Shown here: piece after piece, positions 10,498 through 19,800 of the stretch
Numbering within the stretch: the first letter of the stretch is position 1
Layout: every line of letters starts with the position of its first letter
Virus record (IMG/VR): IMGVR_UViG_3300023184_000025
Location: 248,001 to 312,000 of that record
Direction: 5' to 3' (one strand)
DNA length: 64,000 bases
Translations under genes and position numbers: made by a program
The notes under the pieces: model-generated
Databases searched by the model: none
The model's input: the letters and a program-made list of their open reading frames with translations, nothing else
Told to the model about the DNA's origin: nothing

Positions 10498-11554
10498 AGT
10501 TGAACTTAAAAATAGAAACTTTGATAAACTTCACTCAGTTTATATTGACGTCTATGATAATTCGTTATCTCGTAAATGGTTAAATGCACTAAACGGGTTA
10601 TTAACAAACAACTCTCATTTAGAAAAAAATTTTTGTTTCTTAGGATTTACTCAAAGTCAGCGCAATGGGTGGTACATTCTTGAACAAGTAAACAAATCAA
10701 TAGATGCAATTAACCAGGCAAATATTGGATACGTCATTGATGATTATTTTACAATGGAAAACACTATCACCAATGATCCTGTAGGGTCAAGAACAGTTGG
10801 TAGGAATATGATTCATGAACGTTTAAATTGGTTGCATCGTTACTTTGAAGACCTGCAAGGTGTAAGCGGTAGCATGTCGGTTTATTTTAATCACGCCAGT
10901 GCTGACATACGTTGGCACATAAGACAATTAAATTTACTTTGTCATGAGTTTGAAACATGGGCATTAAGTTATCGTAAAGAAATAGAAGCACCCGAGTGGC
11001 AAAGACCCAGCCAACTAATGTGTTGGTTAAACGCACCAAGATTCACTCTTGACGAAAACGACTATGATTTATTTGGAGTTGAAACAATAAACCGCAGTCT
11101 TGGAGGAGTATTTGTTGGAGTCAACAAGGCAATTGGAAAACATCATTGGGAAGTATTCATGGATGAAGGCCGTGACAGTCGAGTTAGTGAATTAATCACT
11201 ACTTCTATGCGCAGTCAGACTGAAGCCGCTGGAGATTTTGATATTGAGTGGGCAAATAATCCAGGTAACCATAGCTGGCAACAAATTAAACTAGCTGAAT
11301 TTAAAGAGTGGTTACTGGTCAATGGGTTTGACCCCGATGATAAACTATTAACCATTGGACATCCTCAAGTGGGACAAGTAGATTTAAAACGTAGTTTTAA
11401 CACAGAAGATTACCTAACTATTTGGAATCAATTAAATAATAGTCTAGACGTATACAGCGTGAGTACTAGCAATAATTGTGCCGTATACGATTATCACTGG
11501 TCTGATTCAGACTTTATAGACCGTCAAATAAAAATAATTAATCGAAAGAACTAA
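10457..11554 (+). CDS. Hypothetical protein (LNWLHRYFE / LNLLCHEFE, possible metal-binding helices)
   Basis: Long ORF coupled within the operon; two HxxE-like motifs. Confidence 0.6.
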   Translation: MKYMAGGKILEQIKVELKNRNFDKLHSVYIDVYDNSLSRKWLNALNGLLTNNSHLEKNFCFLGFTQSQRNGWYILEQVNKSIDAINQANIGYVIDDYFTMENTITNDPVGSRTVGRNMIHERLNWLHRYFEDLQGVSGSMSVYFNHASADIRWHIRQLNLLCHEFETWALSYRKEIEAPEWQRPSQLMCWLNAPRFTLDENDYDLFGVETINRSLGGVFVGVNKAIGKHHWEVFMDEGRDSRVSELITTSMRSQTEAAGDFDIEWANNPGNHSWQQIKLAEFKEWLLVNGFDPDDKLLTIGHPQVGQVDLKRSFNTEDYLTIWNQLNNSLDVYSVSTSNNCAVYDYHWSDSDFIDRQIKIINRKN

Positions 11555-11555
11555 T

Positions 11556-11657
11556 ATGAACTGGCTAAAAAATTTAATCAAACGAATTCGCATGGACATT
11601 CGTTATCGTAAAAAGCTAAACGAATTGCGTAACAAAAAGCCTTTTATATACTGGTAA
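11556..11657 (+). CDS. 33-aa basic peptide MNWLKNLIKRIRMDIRYRKKLNELRNKKPFIYW (copy A; not in ORF track)
   Basis: Translated by hand; TAATG overlap with next gene; paralog at 12175. Confidence 0.8.
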   Translation: MNWLKNLIKRIRMDIRYRKKLNELRNKKPFIYW

Positions 11658-12178
11658 TGAAACAGCAAATCGAACAAGACATTTGGCAATGGATAACCGA
11701 ATACATAGAAGTCAATCACGAATTCTATGCTCACAAGTTTCCGCCTTGCCCTTATGCACGTGGCGCAAGATTAAAAGGCAGTTTGGATGTTGTTGCCTGG
11801 ACTTCCGGTAATACTAGAATCTTTATTAATACACAAACTGCCGATTTGCTACTGTCTGACAAGACTGTGCGTGTAATGGTATTCCCTCCCAGTTTACGAT
11901 GGAATTGGTTAACACGCTGGCACATTGCAAATCTAAATAAAACTATGATTCCCCAGGACTACTATATACAATATGGCGGAGCTGTGGGAACTACTAGTAG
12001 ATACCCTGGATTGCCTGGTGCGTATGTAATTGTAATTATTAATCAATTGAGCGATGTACTAGCAGGGCACACCGCATTGAAATCTACTCCGTATTATCGC
12101 AACTGGAGCAACACACACTATCACAATGTTGTGGAGCGCAGACAAGATATGTATAATCGTTATAAGGATATAAAATGA
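11657..12178 (+). CDS. Hypothetical protein (PPCPYA motif)
   Basis: Translationally coupled to both flanking peptides. Confidence 0.65.
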   Translation: MKQQIEQDIWQWITEYIEVNHEFYAHKFPPCPYARGARLKGSLDVVAWTSGNTRIFINTQTADLLLSDKTVRVMVFPPSLRWNWLTRWHIANLNKTMIPQDYYIQYGGAVGTTSRYPGLPGAYVIVIINQLSDVLAGHTALKSTPYYRNWSNTHYHNVVERRQDMYNRYKDIK

Positions 12179-12276
12179 ACTGGTTAAAAAACTTAATCAA
12201 TAGAATTAAACTTGAAATAAGATATAGAAAAAAACTCAAAGAGTTGCGTAAACGAGATCCATTTATCTACAAATGA
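12175..12276 (+). CDS. 33-aa basic peptide MNWLKNLINRIKLEIRYRKKLKELRKRDPFIYK (copy B; not in ORF track)
   Basis: ATGA overlaps with both neighbours; paralog of 11556. Confidence 0.85.
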   Translation: MNWLKNLINRIKLEIRYRKKLKELRKRDPFIYK

Positions 12277-13769
12277 AAAAATATTTAGGTATAAGTGCTG
12301 GATTCCATGATGCCGCTGTGTCTGTGATCACGGGTCACGGCGATATTTTATTTGCTGGTCACGCCGAACGCTACAGTAAAAACAAGCATGACCCTCATAT
12401 CAATCAAGACCTAATGGCCGAGGCATTGTTGCATGGTGAGCCGGATGTTGTTGCTTTTTACGAAAAACCTTGGCTTAAAAAGCTGAGAAACTTTTATGCA
12501 GGACAATATAATGAAGCATTGGATTTTACCGATATTACTGTTTGTAAGTATTTGCATAAACATGTACCTATATCTTTTCATAAGAAGCCACTATTTTTAC
12601 ATGCTGGACATCATTTGTCCCATGCTGCCGCAGGATTCCAAACCAGCCCCTTTACCAAGGCCACCGTTGTCGTTATAGATGCTATAGGAGAATGGGATAC
12701 TATTAGCATATGGGCCGCAACATATAATAGCAGTAATCAAGCAACATACAAAAAACTATGGAGTCAGAAGTATCCGCACAGTATTGGATTGTTTTATAGT
12801 GCAATTACTAAACGGATTGGACTACATCCAATGGATGAAGAATATATTACAATGGGTATGTCCGCCTGGGGCCGCTCTGTGTGGTATAATAAAATGAATT
12901 ATGATCTTGTTGCAGACCTTGATAAAATAGAATTTAAAAATAATTTACATCTTGGTCTGGATTCAACGTATTTAGAAGCTGGAACTAACGAAGACATTGC
13001 CGCATCAGCACAAGAATTAGTTGAAGAGTTAATTGGAAATGTAATGAAACTTGCCAGATCTTTTAACTGGAGCAATAATCTTGTTTATATGGGCGGTGTT
13101 GCTCTTAACTGTTTGGCAAATCGTAACCTAGGAGAATATTTTGAAAACATTTGGATTATGCCTAACCCTGGTGATGCTGGTAGTAGTCTCGGCGCTGCCG
13201 CTTATGCCTATCGTGGTAAAATCAATTGGAATAACGCTTATCTTGGCAGTGATATTAGCGGACCTTATCCTGTTAATGATATTATTGATGAGTTACTTTC
13301 TAGACAAATTGTCGGCGTGGCTTCCGGAAGAGCAGAGTTTGGTCCTAGAGCACTTGGCAACCGCAGTCTACTGGCAGACCCAAGAGGTTCCGAAATCAAG
13401 GACAAAGTAAATGAAATTAAACGTAGACAAAAGTTCAGACCATTTGCCCCAGTTATGTTGGAGGAACATGTTGATATGTATTTTGACATGCCTTGCGGTT
13501 TCAGTAACAGTAGGTATATGCAAGTCATCAGTCGCTGTAGGCATCCTGAGTTATTTCCTGCTATCATTCATCGGGATGGGACTAGTCGTGTTCAAACAGT
13601 ACCGCGAGATGGCTCAGGAATTAGACAGCTACTAGAAGCTTGGTATGCAAAGACTGGATGCCCGATGTTGCTTAATACCAGCTTAAATGTTAGAGGAGAG
13701 CCCATGGTAAATGACAGAGTAGACGCTGATCGTTTTGAATACCTTTATGGAGTTAAAGTATGCAGTTGA
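12273..13769 (+). CDS. O-carbamoyltransferase (CmcH/NodU/TobZ family)
   Basis: HDAA, AERY, HHLSHAA, GGVALNC, EFGPRALGNRS, RPFAP, LNTSLN. Confidence 0.95.
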   Translation: MKKYLGISAGFHDAAVSVITGHGDILFAGHAERYSKNKHDPHINQDLMAEALLHGEPDVVAFYEKPWLKKLRNFYAGQYNEALDFTDITVCKYLHKHVPISFHKKPLFLHAGHHLSHAAAGFQTSPFTKATVVVIDAIGEWDTISIWAATYNSSNQATYKKLWSQKYPHSIGLFYSAITKRIGLHPMDEEYITMGMSAWGRSVWYNKMNYDLVADLDKIEFKNNLHLGLDSTYLEAGTNEDIAASAQELVEELIGNVMKLARSFNWSNNLVYMGGVALNCLANRNLGEYFENIWIMPNPGDAGSSLGAAAYAYRGKINWNNAYLGSDISGPYPVNDIIDELLSRQIVGVASGRAEFGPRALGNRSLLADPRGSEIKDKVNEIKRRQKFRPFAPVMLEEHVDMYFDMPCGFSNSRYMQVISRCRHPELFPAIIHRDGTSRVQTVPRDGSGIRQLLEAWYAKTGCPMLLNTSLNVRGEPMVNDRVDADRFEYLYGVKVCS

Positions 13770-15247
13770 CAGATATACCCGTTAAGTTTAATTTTTCTAA
13801 ACATATCTTTGGAAAAAAGTTAGGCAATAAGATTGCACTAATTGACGATAGCAGTTCTATTAGCTACGAAATGCTCGAGCATAGATCTCGAGGATTTGCT
13901 AAAAGTCTCACAGACATGGGATTAACAAGAGAAGATCGTGTATTGATATTGATGCCGGACACTATCGAGTGCGGCATTGCAATACTGGGCTGTATATTAG
14001 GAGGATTTGTTCCAGTTATTGGAAACCCGTGGTCGCCTAAGAACACTATTTGTCATTTCATTGAATCCAGTGCCGCAAAAGTTATTATTTTTGCAAATAA
14101 TAGAACAACACAAAATCAATCCATTGACAGTTACCTTGCCGAAACTACGCATAAGCCCAAGCATGTGTTATCTATTGAACAAGTAAATATACTGAGTACT
14201 CCATCAAGTTTTGATCCTCCAACAACTCTCAGAGACGGCGAAGCATTTTGGTTATTTACTTCGGGTACCACAGGAGAATCTAAATCAGTTGTACATTCTC
14301 ATAAATCAATGATTGGTACAGGGTTAGGTTACGGAATCAATGTAGGTTATAAGTCTGACGATATTGTTTTTGCTACATCAAAATTGTTTTTTAGTTGGGG
14401 AATAAGTAGTGCATTTATATCTCCATTGACAGTGGGTGCCACAACAATATTGCATGGTAAATTACATACCCCTAGTACCGCGGCCAGGATATTTAAAAAA
14501 CACAAACCTACTTTATTTGGATCAGTTCCGTCTTTCTATGTTGGGTTGTTAAATGAAAATTTACCAATTAACTATGGGTCTTTAAGATTGTGTGTAAGTG
14601 CCGGTGAAGCAATAACATCTACTATGCAACAACAATGGCAGGAGTTAACAAAATTACCTATTATCGACGTGTACGGCAGTACAGAATTTCTACCAGTAAT
14701 TGTTTCAGGAAAATTATTACCAGGATTTTCAGGAATGGTAAAAGATGCTAACAATTGTGTTGTACAAAATCAAGTGGGAGAATTGTATATTGATGGTCCG
14801 TCAGTGGCTCTAAGATATCAAAATGAAACCAAAAAGTCCCAAGAAACTTTTATAGGTAAATGGTGTAGAACAGGAGACAAATTTATACAACATGGTGATA
14901 CATATCAATTTGTCGGGCGTTCTAAAGATATGCTAAGAGTAAATGCCAAATGGGTCAGCCCAACAGAAATAGAAAATTTATTAATATCGCACGAATTGGT
15001 ATTTGAAGCTGGTGTGTCGGGTATCGAGAACAGCGATGGGTTAACAGAGATTGTTGCATATATTGTACTAGCGCCCGATGTAGAAATCCCTAAAAATCTT
15101 GATCACCAATTAAAATCAGTGATCAAACACAAATTGGAGTATTTTAAGTGTCCTAAGTACATTCGTGTAACCAAGGAATTACCCAAAAATATCAATGGAA
15201 AAATACAAAGGTACTTGTTAAATGAAACATATGAACAATCAAATTAA
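13760..15247 (+). CDS. Aryl/acyl-CoA ligase (benzoate-CoA ligase-like, ANL family)
   Basis: FWLFTSGTTGESK, SKLFFSWG, SAGEA, YGSTE, TGD, GRSKD, LPKNINGK. Confidence 0.9.
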   Translation: MQLTDIPVKFNFSKHIFGKKLGNKIALIDDSSSISYEMLEHRSRGFAKSLTDMGLTREDRVLILMPDTIECGIAILGCILGGFVPVIGNPWSPKNTICHFIESSAAKVIIFANNRTTQNQSIDSYLAETTHKPKHVLSIEQVNILSTPSSFDPPTTLRDGEAFWLFTSGTTGESKSVVHSHKSMIGTGLGYGINVGYKSDDIVFATSKLFFSWGISSAFISPLTVGATTILHGKLHTPSTAARIFKKHKPTLFGSVPSFYVGLLNENLPINYGSLRLCVSAGEAITSTMQQQWQELTKLPIIDVYGSTEFLPVIVSGKLLPGFSGMVKDANNCVVQNQVGELYIDGPSVALRYQNETKKSQETFIGKWCRTGDKFIQHGDTYQFVGRSKDMLRVNAKWVSPTEIENLLISHELVFEAGVSGIENSDGLTEIVAYIVLAPDVEIPKNLDHQLKSVIKHKLEYFKCPKYIRVTKELPKNINGKIQRYLLNETYEQSN

Positions 15248-16469
15248 ATCCATTGTAGTCGTAGGAGGCGGCACAGCTGGCTGGATGAGTGCATGCTATA
15301 TGGTTAAGCAAGGATTTGATGTAACATTAGTTGAAAGCTCTAATGTTCCTACCATCGGAGTAGGTGAGAGCTGTTTGCCTGCAATAGGTATTTTCTGTGA
15401 TTCTCTCGGATTAAAAGAAGAAGAATGGATGCCCGAATCAAATGCCAGACATAAAATAGGGATCTTCCATTATAATTGGCTCAGAGAAAAAGATACTGTA
15501 TGGAAACACTTCTTCTGCTATGATCGTAACAATTGTAATGGACAATATTATTTAGAGTCAGGAATATTGCCGCCAGTTAAAGAAGGCAAGTATGCTTATC
15601 ATATTGATGCAATAGCGTTTGGACAAATGCTCCGGCGCCGAGTAGCAGAACCTGCTGGAGTAAAATATCTACAAGCACATATTGTTGATATTAAACAATA
15701 TGAAAATGGTTATGTTAGCGGACTTTTATTAGACAACGGGCAAACATTAAGCGCAGACTTTTATATTGATTGCTCGGGACCTACTAGACTTTTTGCAGAT
15801 AAAGTTGGAATTAAATTCAGCAAGTATGGAGATATACTTAATGATCGTGCTATGGTTTGTCCACAAGAACTTGATTCAGGCCCACAACCGCAATATACAA
15901 TTACCTATGCAGGAAAAGCAGGATGGATTTGGGACACAGGATTAGCTCATAGGAGAGGTTGTGGATATACTTACAGCAGTCAGTTTATCACTGACGAACA
16001 AGCGTGTAATGAATACCTAACATATTTTCCTAAAACAAACGTAGACAAACTTCGAGTCATCAAGTATGATAGCATGTATTCGCATAATCCTTTAGAAAAA
16101 AATGTATTAGCAGTTGGGCTGTCATCAGGATTTATAGAACCATTGGAAGCAACCAGCATATATCTTGTACAATACTACCTTGAAGCATTTGCAAGATTTG
16201 TTAACACCGGTCGAGATACAAAAATTTACAACAAAGCAACATTAAATTTAACCAAACAGTTATATGATTTTGTTTTGACCAATTACACATTGACTCAACG
16301 CAACGACACTGAACATTGGCGGTATTATCAAGATCTTGAACGTAAAATAAACACTAAAGAACTAACACGTTTTTGGGCTAACCAGCCGGACGTTGGCGTC
16401 TGGGAACTAACAAGAATGTTTTCACCTTTTAATTGGTGGAGCAAGGCCAAACACTTTGAGTTGTTGTGA
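15222..16469 (+). CDS. Flavin-dependent tryptophan halogenase-like protein
   Basis: GGGTAG, IGVGES, catalytic-Lys region ARHKIGI, IDCSG, GWIWDT, FIEPLEAT. Confidence 0.88.
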   Translation: MKHMNNQIKSIVVVGGGTAGWMSACYMVKQGFDVTLVESSNVPTIGVGESCLPAIGIFCDSLGLKEEEWMPESNARHKIGIFHYNWLREKDTVWKHFFCYDRNNCNGQYYLESGILPPVKEGKYAYHIDAIAFGQMLRRRVAEPAGVKYLQAHIVDIKQYENGYVSGLLLDNGQTLSADFYIDCSGPTRLFADKVGIKFSKYGDILNDRAMVCPQELDSGPQPQYTITYAGKAGWIWDTGLAHRRGCGYTYSSQFITDEQACNEYLTYFPKTNVDKLRVIKYDSMYSHNPLEKNVLAVGLSSGFIEPLEATSIYLVQYYLEAFARFVNTGRDTKIYNKATLNLTKQLYDFVLTNYTLTQRNDTEHWRYYQDLERKINTKELTRFWANQPDVGVWELTRMFSPFNWWSKAKHFELL

Positions 16470-16470
16470 T

Positions 16471-17532
16471 TTATAGATAAGTCTCTAATCCGCCTCGACG
16501 GCGAATGTCTTGAGTACAACAACTGATGCCCCCGTCAAAGAAATATTTGTGTCGCAACTCTGAAATTATTGGTTCAATGTTATGTTTTTTGCAAAAATCA
16601 AAAACCATCTTATTATAAGAACTAAAGATAACATGGTGTTCGTCTAACACCAAACAGTTAACATCAAACACAGTTTCTTTAACATATCCAGTCCACTTGG
16701 TTAGATATGTATCAACAAATTTAGCAAACTCAGTGGTTGGATTCTGACCTTGTACATACCAGCGTCCATTAAAGTTTTCTTGACGAAATTTTCCAACCTC
16801 CATGGCAGCAAAAATACTTGCGTCCCAAATTTTACACACTTCCCATCCAGGAAAATTTTCTTTGTAGTTGATGTCACCATCGTGCATGGTACTTAATATT
16901 ACCCCTGGTTTTAATATAGCAAAAACACTATCCCCGTGCCCATTTGTAACAGCTCTACGAAGTTTATATCGGCTATCTAGTACATTGTCTTGAATCCATT
17001 CCATCTGACCATCAGTTAGCCACTCGCTGTTGTCAAAGAATATGTCTGTGCCTACACGAACAATACAACTGGCAACTGCGTCTACCATAACGTGGGTAGG
17101 GTCATATATGTTATTGCGTGTATCAAAATTTTTATTGTGCGGATCAATTATGCTGCCTGGCTGTTTCTGTTCGTAGTCACGACATATAGTGTTCATTTCC
17201 GCAACATTCAATACTCTTAATAATTTTTCACCTAGAGTAATTTGCCAATCTCTAGGTGTTAGTGGTGGGATTGGGACACCTCGATCTGTTATTTGTAAAC
17301 TTTGCCATTGTTTAATTTTTGGAAGATCTGGTCTTTTAACTACTGCTCCATACGATTCGATTACTTTTTGTAAATTATCTAAATCTTCTGCAGACTCTTC
17401 AAGTATTTTAGTCATTTGACCTTTAACTTGTTCATCCTGGATAAAGTTAAAATATTCTGGCGTATAAACACGACCAACAATTACTTCTTCAAGTGGTTGC
17501 CAACTGGTGTAACTATTAATAATATTAGACAT
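16471..17532 (-). CDS. Amidinotransferase (glycine / inosamine-phosphate amidinotransferase family)
   Basis: NSYTSWQPLEEVIVG, PRD, GHGD, FDVN, DGGISCCTQD. Confidence 0.9.
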   Translation of the reverse strand: MSNIINSYTSWQPLEEVIVGRVYTPEYFNFIQDEQVKGQMTKILEESAEDLDNLQKVIESYGAVVKRPDLPKIKQWQSLQITDRGVPIPPLTPRDWQITLGEKLLRVLNVAEMNTICRDYEQKQPGSIIDPHNKNFDTRNNIYDPTHVMVDAVASCIVRVGTDIFFDNSEWLTDGQMEWIQDNVLDSRYKLRRAVTNGHGDSVFAILKPGVILSTMHDGDINYKENFPGWEVCKIWDASIFAAMEVGKFRQENFNGRWYVQGQNPTTEFAKFVDTYLTKWTGYVKETVFDVNCLVLDEHHVIFSSYNKMVFDFCKKHNIEPIISELRHKYFFDGGISCCTQDIRRRGGLETYL

Positions 17533-18685
17533 TTAATTTTCCTATTATTCTATTTAACTCTTCATATCCTGTGGACAAAAACAATTTCTGGTTGTGTCTG
17601 ACATCTTCTATGCATTGTTGATAAATCAATTCTGGATTAGAATTGATTTGTGTTAGTGTATCGACAATTGCCATCCACCGATTAGTATTATCCTGTATAC
17701 TATCATATTTGTTGTCAATACAATGATCAAAGGTTTTATAACCACGTTCTCTAAGAGTTGCCAGACTATTTGATGAACCAACAATTATAAAAGGTTGACC
17801 AAATTTAATTGCTTTCCATGTTTTTTCTGTTAAAAACGTACCCCCACTTTGGTCAGCATCAAAGTGTGTTTCTAGTATAATATGTATGTAGGATTGTGTA
17901 TATAAACTTGCATTGACAATGTGATGATCGTTGTGTTCTTTTTCTGATTGATTGTCGCAACTATATGGACCATTGTTTACAAAATAATCTAGTTCATTTC
18001 TTATTTTTATATAATCAATTTGAATTGGGTTATCATCAAAGTTATCATCGATGATGCATTTTGTATTGTAACTCCATAAACTGTTTTCTAATAATCCTTT
18101 GCGTTTTAAGTCTGCCAGGCAAGTGGCTCTCCACCACTTGTGAGTCCTACATAGTGCAGTAAATGTATACTGACGTTTTTCTGTGTTTATAGGAACAGCC
18201 ACCTGATCTCTATTGATATAACGAAAGAAAAACTCATGATCAGAAAAGTAATTTTCAGCCGCTGAATTAGCACTTATAAACGTGTAACATTTTATATCAA
18301 TGTTATGTTGATGACACAAGTTGTCTAGTCTTTGTGTTATTCTAGTTGGGTTATCGCCTTCGTGATAATAAAATAAAACATGTATTTCTTTGTCTTTTAT
18401 CTTTTTTAATGTATTAACAGGAATTAAAGAAAAATAATCGCATTGAAAATCAAACCATCCTATTGATATTGGGTATACTGACCCCTGTGGAGAAACCAAT
18501 GCTGAGTGTATGTTATACGGAATTTTGTAATATTGAAAATAATATAAAAGACGCAATGGTACAGTATACGGCCAGTGACTGTCAAATTTTCTCCAACTAG
18601 GAGTATATGGAACTGCGTCAAGAGTTGCTAAGTTTGGATATCCAATACTTGGAGTAGACAACACATCATAACAAAAGTTGATCAT
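17525..18685 (-). CDS. Glycosyltransferase-like protein (GT10-like C-terminus)
   Basis: ILET..FLTEKTWKAIKFGQPF..GYKTF..YD; start MINFC overlapping upstream stop. Confidence 0.55.
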   Translation of the reverse strand: MINFCYDVLSTPSIGYPNLATLDAVPYTPSWRKFDSHWPYTVPLRLLYYFQYYKIPYNIHSALVSPQGSVYPISIGWFDFQCDYFSLIPVNTLKKIKDKEIHVLFYYHEGDNPTRITQRLDNLCHQHNIDIKCYTFISANSAAENYFSDHEFFFRYINRDQVAVPINTEKRQYTFTALCRTHKWWRATCLADLKRKGLLENSLWSYNTKCIIDDNFDDNPIQIDYIKIRNELDYFVNNGPYSCDNQSEKEHNDHHIVNASLYTQSYIHIILETHFDADQSGGTFLTEKTWKAIKFGQPFIIVGSSNSLATLRERGYKTFDHCIDNKYDSIQDNTNRWMAIVDTLTQINSNPELIYQQCIEDVRHNQKLFLSTGYEELNRIIGKLNV

Positions 18686-19800
18686 TAATAAAAATCTTTT
18701 TTTATTTTTTCTAACATACTTTGTGCTTCTTTCCAAAGTATTTCTTCAAAGCCGCCGTTGTAAAAGTGATTCCAGTTGTGCTCTATAACTTCTTGTGCTC
18801 GATTAAACAAATCTTTTTTGCCGCTTGGTGTTAATTCGTCCAGGCTACGTAACAGGCTACTGATACGTTCGATACGAACGCCATCGTTGGCATAGTCATA
18901 GCTCTCGTCCCAGATGCCTTCAAATGTACGAAATCCATAACTGCGTAAGTATTCTAAACTACCCTGAGTACCTACAATAACAAACGGCATGCCCAAGGCA
19001 ATGGGTTTGAATGTTTTTTCAGTTAGATGTAGTCGACGTCCTGTGTACACAGTTTCTGTGACCAAATACAATAAACTATCTGCGGCTTCGTCGAACAAAC
19101 TAAGCCAGCACGAATGCATAGGATGATCAGTTTCGCCAGCAAATTGTATAGGTAAAGGTGTGCAAGCAAACACTGACTCAATGTCAGGATAACGTTCAGC
19201 CAGGGGTTTGATAGCTTCATGTATACTGATATTTTCTACAGGACATATCTCAGGACAACTGATATGATTATCCAACATTTGATTTTTAAATATGTGATAT
19301 AACATTTCCAGTCGGTGTTTGCGTTCACCGGCAATAATACGATTTGGAGCAATAAATGTTTTGGTGATCTTTCTCTTATCAGGTGTAGTAATTAGGAATG
19401 TTTTGTCGTACCCACGATACCAATCCAGTGCCGCCCACCCATGAAAAAAATAATAATAAGATTTCCAATTGTATTTTTTACACAGCTCCTCCACTGACTC
19501 ACTGTTAAACTCACTGGTTACTATTCCGTGGCACCGCCTTGCATCAACATAACTAATATTATCCAATGGATTTCTATCATAAACTTCAGCAAATAAATCG
19601 GCGTATATATCCAAATGAATTGGCTCTTGGTCGTGAAAGAATATATAATTAATCATATCTATGCTATTACCGCCAAAGTGAATCAAACTGTCAGGGTTGG
19701 TATTGCCCGGCGGATCGCAACAATACAATTTTGTATTTGGCACTTGATTTTTTATAAATGGCCAAAAAGTATTACCATAAATTTCGTCAATTCTAATCAT
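18685..19800 (-). CDS. Glycosyltransferase-like protein (GT10-like C-terminus)
   Basis: LVTET..LTEKTFKPIALGMPF..GFRTF..DESYD. Confidence 0.55.
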   Translation of the reverse strand: MIRIDEIYGNTFWPFIKNQVPNTKLYCCDPPGNTNPDSLIHFGGNSIDMINYIFFHDQEPIHLDIYADLFAEVYDRNPLDNISYVDARRCHGIVTSEFNSESVEELCKKYNWKSYYYFFHGWAALDWYRGYDKTFLITTPDKRKITKTFIAPNRIIAGERKHRLEMLYHIFKNQMLDNHISCPEICPVENISIHEAIKPLAERYPDIESVFACTPLPIQFAGETDHPMHSCWLSLFDEAADSLLYLVTETVYTGRRLHLTEKTFKPIALGMPFVIVGTQGSLEYLRSYGFRTFEGIWDESYDYANDGVRIERISSLLRSLDELTPSGKKDLFNRAQEVIEHNWNHFYNGGFEEILWKEAQSMLEKIKKDFY

